Shown piece by piece: positions 1-9,172 of a DNA stretch of 32,000 bases. Source of the DNA: Vulcanisaeta distributa DSM 14429. GTDB taxonomy: Archaea > Thermoproteota > Thermoprotei > Thermoproteales > Thermocladiaceae. The DNA lies in the NCBI RefSeq assembly GCF_000148385.1, contig NC_014537.1, positions 1,530,001 through 1,562,000 of the forward strand. The letters are read 5' to 3'. Position 1 is the stretch's first letter. Every line of letters begins with the position of its first letter. The notes under the pieces were generated by a model. The model did not search any database and had not been told where the DNA came from. It worked only from the letters and a program-made list of their open reading frames with translations. The translations under genes and the position numbers were made by a program.

Positions 1-154
1 GTAGCTTAATCAATATTTAACATTAATGATTCACACGATACTTTACAAATAGCAAATAAAATCACAAAACTAATGATAGGATCATTCTAAAGAAAACACT
101 GGAGAAACCTTTAAATAAAAGCAAAAATAAATAAAAGTAGCAAAATATCAGGTA

Positions 155-202
155 AGCCCACTATCGTGGGCTCAAATGAAATCACTATCTCTTTTTTCTT
201 TT
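155..202 (+). terminator. Hairpin (agcccac-tatc-gtgggct, 155-172) followed by an oligo-T tract (192-202). Possibly the terminator of a gene lying upstream of the window.
   Basis: A perfect 7-bp stem with a 4-nt loop was read directly, and a T-rich run (cttttttctttt) lies about 20 nt downstream. Archaeal termination typically uses T-tracts. The strand and the cognate gene are unknown. Confidence 0.25.
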
Positions 203-354
203 CCAGTAATTATTGTACATATCATTTCCTGTTATATCAAATATTATTTTATCTTCTACAAGGGAATAATTGCAATATAATATAGAGATCTATAAAATCT
301 TTATCCAGAACATACTAAAAAGATTTAAATGCATCCCTGGCAATAACTCATCGT

Positions 355-1152
355 ATGAGTTTTGTTGAGGTTGGTCTTGGAGACGTGGTCGGGATTATTA
401 AGGAGCTGAGGTCGCTTAGGGACTCAATTAGGAATAGAATCACTATTAAGGTTCCCAGGGATTACGTTATCGGTAATGTTGATGTTCTGGCTAGGCCGAT
501 GTTTACTGACGGCTTTGTCGTGTCCTTTAGGGTTGGTCAGAGTGAGTATAGGGTTTGGTGGTCAAGTATTGAGGAGTCATTGGGTGGTAAGAGCGGTGAC
601 TGGGGTGATTATAGGATTGTAGGTGGTAAGGAGCCGTATATCGAATTCTTAAACCCTGATGGTGGTGTTGCGGCTAGGGTTAGGGTTAATGAGGAATTGA
701 TAAGTAGGTTAGACAGTATGTTGAATGCGGCATTCCTACTCAGTGTTGCGGATTGGTTTATTGAGGATGATGTCCGAAGCATAGCCAACATAGCCAATGT
801 ATTCATGCCAGAGGACTACTCAGAGCTTAGGTACATCAGCGACTTCGTGGAAACCGTACACTCAAAGTTAAGTGAGTTAAACATCATTAAGGAACTTGAG
901 GATGGCGTTAGGAGAATTGAACTCGAGTGCCACATGAATAACCATGGGAATAGGGAGATCGTCGACGTAATACCAGTCGGCAAGTACTACCTATGCCCAG
1001 AGTGCCTAAGGAAGGCGGAGAAGTACGTTGATGATGTGCTCAACAGGTGGAGGAACGTGAAGATAAGGGTACCACTCGAGACATGGCAAGGAATCCAAAA
1101 AAGTATAGAACAGACAAAGGAAATAATAAAGTCAATAACGGAAACTATATAA
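355..1152 (+). CDS. Hypothetical protein with a C-terminal Cys/His cluster (ECHMNNH...CPEC), a possible zinc-binding module
   Basis: A 265-aa ORF with a TATA-like gatttaaatg about 28 nt upstream of the ATG. I recognise no family motif. The CxH...CxxC spacing suggests a Zn ribbon or knuckle. Confidence 0.6.
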   Translation: MSFVEVGLGDVVGIIKELRSLRDSIRNRITIKVPRDYVIGNVDVLARPMFTDGFVVSFRVGQSEYRVWWSSIEESLGGKSGDWGDYRIVGGKEPYIEFLNPDGGVAARVRVNEELISRLDSMLNAAFLLSVADWFIEDDVRSIANIANVFMPEDYSELRYISDFVETVHSKLSELNIIKELEDGVRRIELECHMNNHGNREIVDVIPVGKYYLCPECLRKAEKYVDDVLNRWRNVKIRVPLETWQGIQKSIEQTKEIIKSITETI

Positions 1153-1375
1153 AATACCTCCTTCCTCCCTACAATGACTCAAAATAAAACAAACCTATTA
1201 CAACGTTATTATTAATACATAATAGGCATTAATACCAATAAATAATTAATAATGTTTTTACGAACAATAAACAATGAATAACCCACGGCACACGTTACAA
1301 TTCCACAGGATCACCCACCACAAACAATCACACCTATTAAATAGCCATAACGATAAAACCCAAACACAACGACCA

Positions 1376-1474
1376 TGGTGCGGGGGCCGGGATTTGAACC
1401 CGGGACCTCCCGGTTATGAGCCCTACGCGGGGCTGCTGCCCCAGGGCGCTCTAGCCGGGCTAAGCTACCCCCGC
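1376..1474 (-). tRNA. tRNA with anticodon CAT (elongator Met or Ile2). It has an encoded CCA end and a 21-nt intron inside the anticodon stem (about position 29/30; intron at 1423-1443).
   Basis: The reverse complement reads GCGGGGG TA GCTT AGCCCGGCTA GAGC G CCC[TGGGGCAGCAGCCCCGCGTAG]GG CTCATAA CCGGG AGGTC CCGGG TTCAAAT CCCGG CCCCCGC A CCA. All four arms pair once the bracketed insert is removed. The G1-C72 pair argues against an initiator. A TATA-like ttttaaa lies about 30 nt upstream. Confidence 0.9.
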
Positions 1475-1533
1475 TCCATGACCTTCTCCTTCTCTGGTTT
1501 AAAAGTGTTTTTCTATGGCCGTCTTATTCATGG

Positions 1534-2604
1534 TTATAGCCTTGGCATTCTTCTTCGTCTTCTTGGTCTTAGCGTGTATCTTAGCATGTATATGATTATT
1601 ATGATTAGTATTAGGAGGAGTAGGGTTTGTGTTGGTGTTGCGTAATTAACCTGTGGTGTTGTTTGTTGGTTTTGTGTGTTGTTTTCGTTGTACCATTGTT
1701 GTATTATTGTGGTTATTTCCTGGGCTATCTGTGGGTTCTCTATTATTATGCCGAGTTCCCTATTGTGATTTAGTGAGTTGTAATCGAGGTTTACGCTTCC
1801 TACGTAAACGTAATCGCCGATGACTATCGCCTTGGCCGTTAGGTCTTTGATCATTACTGCGTTCAATTCGCTGACCGCTTCTTCATTCTCGGTATGTTGT
1901 CCAACGAGTATTAGCCTATCACTATGTGTCAGGATTAGGCCGTACATACCAGAGGATGGGTAGAGCTCCTCCATGGCCATGTAAAGTGTTCCTGGCTGAC
2001 TGAGTAAGTCCTCTAGGTACTCCGCTGAGTTTATTGGTGACACCACAATACCTGGGTAATTAATCTGCGTGATTGACTCATTGTGGTAATCGGTGAGTAT
2101 TATTTCGGCGAAGACTTGGGCTATGCTTGAGTTCTCAATCACGAGGTCGATACCTAGGTCCCTCTCAAAGCCGTAGTAGGTTGGGTTTATTGAGCCTATT
2201 ATTACGGTCTCATTATCAACAACGAAGACCTTACTATGCACATAGTCATAACCGTAATTAAACGAAACGTGAGCACCAGAACTTATTAACTCATTAACGG
2301 CTGAGTACTCCTCCTTAGGTATCCCACCATACACATTACCCGACAAGACCACGTAAACCTCAACACCCCTCTGTGCCAAGTTAGCCAGCTCATTAATGAG
2401 AGGCTGATAGGTTAATTCATAAACCTCGGCATACACACAACACCTCGCTTCACCAATAACATTGAGTATGTAGGTTGAGTTCGTAGGTGAGACTACGATT
2501 GAGACTTGATTCGAACTTATAGCGACATACCAATTCTGTGCATACGAGTTTATGGATAGGGCAACGATAATAGCCAATACGAGTATTAAGACAAGCCTCA
2601 TCAA
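1534..2604 (-). CDS. Phospholipase D / HKD-superfamily protein, predicted to be exported with a C-terminal membrane anchor
   Basis: It has a canonical HKD motif, HSKVFVVDNETVIIGSINP (HxKx4Dx6GSxN). A second copy is degenerate (TAKAIVIGDYVYVGSVNL). There is an N-terminal hydrophobic signal (MMRLVLILVLAIIVAL) and a C-terminal TM segment followed by an Arg-rich tail. Confidence 0.8.
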   Translation of the reverse strand: MMRLVLILVLAIIVALSINSYAQNWYVAISSNQVSIVVSPTNSTYILNVIGEARCCVYAEVYELTYQPLINELANLAQRGVEVYVVLSGNVYGGIPKEEYSAVNELISSGAHVSFNYGYDYVHSKVFVVDNETVIIGSINPTYYGFERDLGIDLVIENSSIAQVFAEIILTDYHNESITQINYPGIVVSPINSAEYLEDLLSQPGTLYMAMEELYPSSGMYGLILTHSDRLILVGQHTENEEAVSELNAVMIKDLTAKAIVIGDYVYVGSVNLDYNSLNHNRELGIIIENPQIAQEITTIIQQWYNENNTQNQQTTPQVNYATPTQTLLLLILIIIIIYMLRYTLRPRRRRRMPRL

Positions 2605-2677
2605 GTCCTAATTCCAGCTTAATTATTTAAGCAAAGCACTAAAAGTACACAATGCCATGAAGACCCTAGAAAAATGC

Positions 2678-2686
2678 TTTTAAATT
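2678..2686 (+). promoter_or_regulatory. TATA box (ttttaaatt) for tRNA-Lys
   Basis: An A/T octamer-like element lies about 29 nt upstream of the tRNA 5' end at 2707, which is typical archaeal TATA-to-start spacing. Confidence 0.5.
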
Positions 2687-2705
2687 AGTGAAAAATAGCC
2701 GAAGA

Positions 2706-2780
<75 letters not shown>

Positions 2781-2890
2781 CTAACTTTTTACTGATTCAT
2801 AATCATGTTATTGTGCTATCGTAGATGTATTAACGAAAGACAGATTGTGTGTTTTATTTTGTATTAGAATTGAGAATTTCTATTATGCTT

Positions 2891-3640
2891 TTATGTTATT
2901 GTCCAGCCACCATCAACGATTATTAGGGCTCCCGTGATATAACTTGCCTCGTCTGAGGCTAAAAATGCGACTACAGACGCTATGTCCTCAGGCTCCGCCA
3001 ACCTCCCCACTGGTATTATTTGTTCCATCATCTTTATTTGTTCCTCACTACCTGGCTGCATTGCGCCTGGCGTCTTGACGGCGCCAGGGGCTATTGCATT
3101 TACGGTTATTCCATAACGGGCTAATTCCAGTGCCAGGGCCCTTGTGAAGCCGACAATGCCGGCCTTGGATGCGCTGTAGTGTGTTAATCCTGCGAAGCCC
3201 ATGGCATTACCTGCTACGGACGCTATGTTTATTATCCTGCCATACTTCTGCTTAACCATGTAGGGGACTACGGCTTTCGTAACATTGAAGGTACCATTTA
3301 AATTCACATTGATCACCCTATACCAGTCATCAAACGTCATTTCAAGGAATGGCTTGAATGGGTATATCCCAGCGTTATTCACCAAGATGTCGATACGGCC
3401 ATACGCGTCATAGACCCTCTTGGCCACGTCCTCAGCCATCCTCGGATCGGTCACATCTAATTTCAGCGCCATTCCCTGACCACCAAGGTTCTTTACTTCA
3501 TTGAGGGTTTCATTTTCCTTGCCCGTTATGTCCGTGACTACGACAATGGCGCCATCCCTCGCCAGCCTTAGGGCGATGCTTCTTCCTATTCCTTGTCCAG
3601 CTCCTGTGACTATTGCGACCTTATTCTTTAATATGGGCAT
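2891..3640 (-). CDS. Short-chain dehydrogenase/reductase (classical SDR, FabG or glucose-1-dehydrogenase-like)
   Basis: It carries TGAGQGIGRS (the TGxxxGxG cofactor motif), NNAG, and the YSASK (YxxxK) catalytic motif. The 249-aa length is typical of the family. Confidence 0.88.
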   Translation of the reverse strand: MPILKNKVAIVTGAGQGIGRSIALRLARDGAIVVVTDITGKENETLNEVKNLGGQGMALKLDVTDPRMAEDVAKRVYDAYGRIDILVNNAGIYPFKPFLEMTFDDWYRVINVNLNGTFNVTKAVVPYMVKQKYGRIINIASVAGNAMGFAGLTHYSASKAGIVGFTRALALELARYGITVNAIAPGAVKTPGAMQPGSEEQIKMMEQIIPVGRLAEPEDIASVVAFLASDEASYITGALIIVDGGWTIT

Positions 3641-3827
3641 AATTTATGTTTTAATAATTCAAATATATAAGCTTTTTCACAGTAAGTTATAATGATTAAA
3701 TATTATTTCATTATAGATTTTTATCTTTAATAACATGGTGTTATTGACCGCGCATTCAATGCCTTGTCTCATAAATATGCGAATATTGAGAGTAGGTAAT
3801 TTAAATGGCACGTGTTCTTCTGCGTAA

Positions 3828-4832
3828 TTGGTTTATATGCAGGCCATTAAGGTGCGTGATTTAGTTAAGATCTATAGTAATGGTGTAAGAGCCCTTGATG
3901 GTGTTTCATTAGGTGTGGATGAAGGTGAGGTCTTTGCTATGCTTGGTCCTAATGGCGCTGGTAAGACTACACTCATGAGGATATTGACGACGCAGATAAG
4001 GCCAACCTCTGGCTCGGCCTATGTGATGGGTTATGACGTGGTTAGGGAGGGTGATAAGGTTAGGAGGGTTATTGGTTATGTTCCTCAGGAGTTTAGTGTT
4101 TGGATGGATTTAACTGGCTATGAGAACTTACTCATTTATTCGAAGGTTTATGGGGTGACTGGTAGTGAGGCGCGTAGGAGGATTAGGGAGGTTTTAGAGC
4201 TCATGGATTTAATGGATGCTGCGAATAGATTGGTTGGTACGTACTCAGGTGGTATGATAAGGAGGTTAGAAATTGCCACCGCGTTAATAATCGAACCTGA
4301 GGTTTTATTCCTGGATGAGCCAACGGTTGGTCTGGATCCAGCAGCTAGGAGACTTGTGTGGGAGAAGTTAATTGCACTTAATAAGGAAAGAGACATTACC
4401 ATTTTCTTTAATTCTCATTATATGGATGAGGTGGAGATATACGCCAGAAGGGCTGCGTTACTTAATAGGGGTAAGGTTATCGCGCTGGGTACTATTGATG
4501 AGTTGAAGAGTTCCATCAGCAATGATGTTATTGAACTCGTAGTTAATGATGCTAAATTAGCCGTGAAGATATTGAAGGGGGTCAGTAATGGCGTTATAGA
4601 TGTTAATATCATTGATGAGGATATTGTTAGGGTTATGGTGAGGAATGCTGATGAGTCATTGCCTATATTAATAAGTACTATTTTTAATCATGGTATATCG
4701 ATAAGGAGGGTATCAGTACATAAGCCATCACTTGATGACGTATTCCTGAAATATGTCGGTAAGAGGATTAGTGAGATTGAGGGTAGTATGAGTGAGTTGA
4801 GGACTGTTAGGAAAGCTGTTATGAGGGGTTAA
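3828..4832 (+). CDS. ABC transporter ATP-binding subunit (ABC-2/DrrA-like exporter). The true start is more likely the ATG at 3837.
   Basis: It has Walker A GPNGAGKTT, the signature YSGGMIRRLE, and Walker B LFLDEPT. The track start at 3828 is TTG. A TATA-like taatttaaatgg at about 3797-3808 fits a nearly leaderless ATG at 3837. Confidence 0.9.
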   Translation: MVYMQAIKVRDLVKIYSNGVRALDGVSLGVDEGEVFAMLGPNGAGKTTLMRILTTQIRPTSGSAYVMGYDVVREGDKVRRVIGYVPQEFSVWMDLTGYENLLIYSKVYGVTGSEARRRIREVLELMDLMDAANRLVGTYSGGMIRRLEIATALIIEPEVLFLDEPTVGLDPAARRLVWEKLIALNKERDITIFFNSHYMDEVEIYARRAALLNRGKVIALGTIDELKSSISNDVIELVVNDAKLAVKILKGVSNGVIDVNIIDEDIVRVMVRNADESLPILISTIFNHGISIRRVSVHKPSLDDVFLKYVGKRISEIEGSMSELRTVRKAVMRG

Positions 4833-4834
4833 GT

Positions 4835-5599
4835 ATGAGCAATTTCATTAATGCTATCCTTGCCTTTGTGGAGCTTGAAACACGTAGGCTTAAGTATAAT
4901 AGGACTGAGCTTTATACGAGGGCTGTTCAGCCAATACTTTGGCTTGTTGTCTTTGGCCCCGTGATGGCTAGGGTTAGGGCATTACCCACCGGTGGTATTC
5001 CCTACATCGCATTCATAACGCCTGGCGTGATTATGCAGTCTGTGACCTTCGTATCCATTTTCTACGGCTTAACAATTGTTTGGGAAAGGGAGTCTGGGAT
5101 TTTGAAGAAGCTATTAACGATGCCCGTCTCCCGAATGTCCATTGTTCTTGGTAGGTCATCAGCATCAATAATCAGGGCATTGTTTCAGTTCATAATAATA
5201 ACGCCAATAGCCATAGCATTAGGCGTTAGGATCGAACCAAACCCAATTTATTTATTGCTTTCATTATTCATAGTGATGATTACGGCCATTGGATTCTCAG
5301 CATTCTCGATATGGATTGCCTCCCACATGAAGACTAGGGAGAGGTTTATGGGAATTGGGCAGGCAATAACAATGCCCCTATTCTTCGCGAGTAATGCAAT
5401 ATACCCGATAAGTATCATGCCCGTACCAATTAAGATTTTCGTACTTGTAAATCCATTGACCTATGCTGTCGATGCCCTGAGAAAGACGATGATAATAGGT
5501 TCTCTCAATGGATTAGTAATAGATTTATTAGCTTTGACGATATTCACAGTGTTATTCATCATATTAGCATCCATCGAATTTAGAAGGATAATTGAGTAG
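4835..5599 (+). CDS. ABC-2 type transporter permease
   Basis: It starts 2 nt after the ATPase stop codon, so the two genes are coupled. It encodes about 6 hydrophobic segments in 254 aa, which is the typical ABC-2 partner arrangement. Confidence 0.85.
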   Translation: MSNFINAILAFVELETRRLKYNRTELYTRAVQPILWLVVFGPVMARVRALPTGGIPYIAFITPGVIMQSVTFVSIFYGLTIVWERESGILKKLLTMPVSRMSIVLGRSSASIIRALFQFIIITPIAIALGVRIEPNPIYLLLSLFIVMITAIGFSAFSIWIASHMKTRERFMGIGQAITMPLFFASNAIYPISIMPVPIKIFVLVNPLTYAVDALRKTMIIGSLNGLVIDLLALTIFTVLFIILASIEFRRIIE

Positions 5600-5669
5600 G
5601 AAGGCAAAACACGTATGCATGATGTGGTTTGTTAAATAACATTATAATGAGACATCACGTTGGTCATTG

Positions 5670-5727
5670 CGTATCAGTCGGTCAAGTATTCTTCATAGTC
5701 CGTCGGGTTTATCCTCATCATCTCTTA
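5670..5727 (-). ncRNA. Candidate C/D-box sRNA (2'-O-methylation guide)
   Basis: The minus strand reads gag-ATGATGA(C)-ggataaacccga(12 nt)-CGGA(D')-ct-ATGAAGA(C')-atacttgaccga(12 nt)-CTGA(D). Both guides have the canonical 12-nt box spacing. The locus is intergenic. An A/T-rich element, aaaattaaaaatt, lies about 20-32 nt upstream on the minus strand. Confidence 0.55.
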
Positions 5728-5778
5728 ACTTAGAATTCATGCGTAATTTTTAATTTTAGGCGTTAGGCGGTCTCCTCA

Positions 5779-6372
5779 ATGTTTCAGCAGTTTTATGATT
5801 TTATGCTTGGGATGGTCTTTGGTTTCCTCCTTGCCGTTCCCCCTGGCCCTATGAATGCGTTGATAGCTGCTGAGGCTACTCGGTCGCCTATTCATGGGAC
5901 CAGTGTTGGTCTTGGGGCGATGTCTGCCGATGGTATACTCATGGTTATTACCTACCTCTTCTCCAGGGTTTTGGGTCATTACGTGTATTACCTATACTTC
6001 ATTGGTTTTGCGGTGATGATTTACCTAGCCGTGTCAATTTTAAGGTCCACCTTCTCTCCTAGGAGCTCCAGTGGTAATAGGTCTGTGCTCCTTAATTACT
6101 TTATGGGTGTTTCCATGGGTTTAACGAATCCGTATCAAGTCTTTTGGTGGCTCACGGCTGGTCTATCATTCATGAGCATATTCGGTATTTTCAGCATAGT
6201 GGGTTTGTTCACGGCAATACTCATTTGGGTCTTTACGTTTCCATACGCTGTCTATGTTGGTAAGGTTTATGGTGGTTCCAAGGTTGATTTTGCGGTTAAA
6301 CTCGTCTCGGCGTTGGGCATAATGGCCTTCGCCATCTATATAATTATTCACGCGTTAACGCATTTCATGTAG
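5779..6372 (+). CDS. LysE/RhtB-family amino-acid exporter
   Basis: A 197-aa protein with about 6 TM segments. The N-terminal PGPMN motif after the first helix is characteristic of the LysE family. Confidence 0.75.
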   Translation: MFQQFYDFMLGMVFGFLLAVPPGPMNALIAAEATRSPIHGTSVGLGAMSADGILMVITYLFSRVLGHYVYYLYFIGFAVMIYLAVSILRSTFSPRSSSGNRSVLLNYFMGVSMGLTNPYQVFWWLTAGLSFMSIFGIFSIVGLFTAILIWVFTFPYAVYVGKVYGGSKVDFAVKLVSALGIMAFAIYIIIHALTHFM

Positions 6373-6408
6373 AGGTAAGTTTATAAAGTTGAAATTATAG
6401 AATAGAAT

Positions 6409-8271
6409 GTGGATCTAGACGAACTAGCACTATCTGTAATGGGACCACTAATCCTAAGGTTAAGGAATACGAGGATTTACGAAAGGCTTGAGAAAAGCCT
6501 TTCATCATCATTATCATTCACGAGCCCTGAACGTTATTTAGCGAGGGTCTTATTTATAACAACAATAATGCTCGTAATAACGGCTCCACTCGGTATCCTT
6601 CTCATAACGCTAAACCTAAACAATGCATTAATACTACTTAGAATGAAACTCCTCTTTTCAACCCAGTACGGTATTAGGGATCTGGTGCTAATAATCATTG
6701 GTGTTGTCCTCATATTCATGCCATTGATAGTGTATGAAATAATGATTGGAATGCCAAGAATAACCTCAAGTGACCTCGCCTTTAAGGTTGATACTGAATT
6801 ACCGTTTTTCGTGGCCTACGTCTCTGCGATAACAAACTCAGGGCTTTCGGTGTTTAGGGCTGTGGAGAGAATTGCCGAGGCGAAGATACTGGAGGTCGTG
6901 GGTAAGGTGGCTAGGTGGGCATACATTAGGTTTAAGGTCTTTGGTGAGGATCCGTTGACGGCCTTATCAAACGTATCATCTGCAATAGAGAGTAGGATGC
7001 TTAGGGAGTTCATTAGTGGTTACATAACCACGGTTAGGACTGGCGGTGACGTTGTTCACTACATAAACACTAGGCTCCATGACATTGTTAGTAATGCCAT
7101 TGAGCGCATGAATAGGGCCGCCGAGTTCCTTGGAATGCTCATGGAGAGTTACATAGGTTCAGCAGCAATACTCCTAATTGGCTTGGACGTGCTTTACCTG
7201 GCACAGGCCGTGACACCCTTCGGTAATAGGTATGCGGCCTTCATGCAGGCAATAAACTCGAATTACATGTTCGGTCTATTCGTTGTACCTGCAATATCAG
7301 TAGCGTTCATATACCTCGGTGAGGTATCGGCTTTCAGATCACCATACACCGACTATAGGCCCTATAAGTGGGCTGGCGCTTCGTTGACTGTGGCTGTGGT
7401 GCTCGGTGTTCTTGAGTATGTAATGTTATTTCACAGAGATTTGAGTAATAGGATTTATATTCGTGGATTGCCGATTCCATTGGATTTCACGATAGTCTTT
7501 GGCTTAACTCTGGCTTTATCCTTCGTGCCGACCGCGATCTACTCCATGAGGGTTGTTAGTGAGAGGTGGGAGATTGATAGGGAGTATGCGGAGTTTCTTA
7601 GGGATGTGACTGAGTTGAGGAAGAGTGGTTTTACACCTGAGAAGACCTTTGAGACCTTGAAGTACACCAGGAGGTATGGTGCCTTTGATAAGTACCTAGA
7701 TACCATGGTTAGGCAGATTAGGTATGGTGTACCGATTAGGGAGGTCCTATCATCAATAATGCCCAAACTACACAGTTATTACTCAAAGGTCTTTACATTC
7801 CTACTTACCGAGACGATAGACCTTGGTGGTGCATCACCACAGGTCCTTGATATGCTCGCAAGCTTCGCATCGTCAATAGTGAGTGTCCAGGAGAACATGA
7901 GGGCTAGACTAAGGCCTCTGAGGTATGTCCCATACATTGGTGCCGTTATTTTGATAGTTACATTGGTGGTTTTGATATTCTCCGTGGTTGCAATAGTCAC
8001 TAGGGTTGGTCCTGGTGGTGTTGCTGCTGGTGGGCCTACGTCTAGCCCATTAATCAATTTATTAGCCACATCATTCTCCTTCACAATAACGATTGACTCA
8101 TTCATAATGGGATTAATAGCTGGAAAGCTTGGTGAGGGTGAGTTATCCCTTGGGTTTAGGCATGCGGTGGTATTGACGTTGATGGTGGTCCTTGTCTACG
8201 CAATGTCGCCGTTCCTAGCGAATGCGTTGTTTGGTGCCATGTCCACGCCATCAACGAGCGTACCGTATTAA
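6409..8271 (+). CDS. FlaJ/TadC-like polytopic membrane protein (two T2SS-F domains) of an archaeal type IV filament system
   Basis: A 620-aa protein with a GTG start. It has two cytoplasmic helical modules with the GspF/T2SSF pattern (LPFFVAYVSAITNSGLSVFRAVERIA... and EFLRDVTELRKSGFTPEKTFETL...), each followed by TM helices. Confidence 0.65.
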   Translation: MDLDELALSVMGPLILRLRNTRIYERLEKSLSSSLSFTSPERYLARVLFITTIMLVITAPLGILLITLNLNNALILLRMKLLFSTQYGIRDLVLIIIGVVLIFMPLIVYEIMIGMPRITSSDLAFKVDTELPFFVAYVSAITNSGLSVFRAVERIAEAKILEVVGKVARWAYIRFKVFGEDPLTALSNVSSAIESRMLREFISGYITTVRTGGDVVHYINTRLHDIVSNAIERMNRAAEFLGMLMESYIGSAAILLIGLDVLYLAQAVTPFGNRYAAFMQAINSNYMFGLFVVPAISVAFIYLGEVSAFRSPYTDYRPYKWAGASLTVAVVLGVLEYVMLFHRDLSNRIYIRGLPIPLDFTIVFGLTLALSFVPTAIYSMRVVSERWEIDREYAEFLRDVTELRKSGFTPEKTFETLKYTRRYGAFDKYLDTMVRQIRYGVPIREVLSSIMPKLHSYYSKVFTFLLTETIDLGGASPQVLDMLASFASSIVSVQENMRARLRPLRYVPYIGAVILIVTLVVLIFSVVAIVTRVGPGGVAAGGPTSSPLINLLATSFSFTITIDSFIMGLIAGKLGEGELSLGFRHAVVLTLMVVLVYAMSPFLANALFGAMSTPSTSVPY

Positions 8272-8273
8272 GC

Positions 8274-9077
8274 CTAGCCTGGTGGTACGGTCTCCATTAA
8301 ATAATCTATGTACTTAAAAATTGAGTCGAGGGCTGGCGACTCATAAAATGATAACTTAAGACTCTCTATTTCCAATGCCTGCCTAACTATTGGGAATAGG
8401 TCATCATATGGAATCACGTGGGGCTCAATGCCAACAATATCCCTAAGGAGTTTTGTCCATGGATGCCCACTCAATGCATCCACGGGATACTTAATATTTA
8501 ACATATTTAATATTGGCTTCAGTAACTTATTACTTGCCTTTAGGTCACGTATTAAATTAACCACATTACCAACAGCCCTCAAGCTGCTATGGTCAGGTAT
8601 GGCAATAAGAATCGCGTTAGTGCTAACCTCAAGTAGCGTTATTAATGTGTCATAGGATAAGCCGAGGGCTGGGGTATCAATTATTACGTACAGTGGTGAA
8701 ATGGCTCCCACAGCATTTAATAAGCCCCTGAGTAGGTACCTATCAATCCTAACCTGACTTGGGTATTGACTAAGGGATGCCGTGAACACGAGCTTAAAGG
8801 TGTCATTATCAATTTGCCAGGTCTTCACGTAGAATGTGGAGAGTGGATCGGGTATCTTACCCATGAAGTAATCAGCCAGTGTGTATGGCATTTGTTCCTC
8901 AATATTGCCGAGCATTAGTAGGGTTGCCGTACCACTGTCTAAACCCAGGTCTATAAGCACGACTGGGTATTGAGCCTTACTCCTTAATTCATAGGCTAGT
9001 ATGACGGCCATGTTCACGGCTATCGTAGTCTTACCCGTGCCGCCCTTCGTACCACTTGTTATTAGTATTGTCTTCAC
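8274..9077 (-). CDS. ParA/MinD-family P-loop ATPase
   Basis: It has the deviant Walker A TSGTKGGTGKTT and a Walker B-like YVIIDTP. The 267-aa length fits the family. Confidence 0.85.
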   Translation of the reverse strand: MKTILITSGTKGGTGKTTIAVNMAVILAYELRSKAQYPVVLIDLGLDSGTATLLMLGNIEEQMPYTLADYFMGKIPDPLSTFYVKTWQIDNDTFKLVFTASLSQYPSQVRIDRYLLRGLLNAVGAISPLYVIIDTPALGLSYDTLITLLEVSTNAILIAIPDHSSLRAVGNVVNLIRDLKASNKLLKPILNMLNIKYPVDALSGHPWTKLLRDIVGIEPHVIPYDDLFPIVRQALEIESLKLSFYESPALDSIFKYIDYLMETVPPG

Positions 9078-9172
9078 AGAATCACCAATTACATAATGCT
9101 TATTGAGTTAGTAAATAAAAATTACCAAAGTTGATGATCAAAAGACGTATGTAAAGCCTAGCATTAGTAAAT

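Noticed and set aside
1274-1645. 123-aa ORF on the plus strand
   Set aside because: It runs antisense straight through the tRNA-CAT gene (1376-1474) and into the 3' end of the PLD-like gene. Its low-complexity translation and lack of any motif mark it as an artefact of the GC-rich tRNA sequence.
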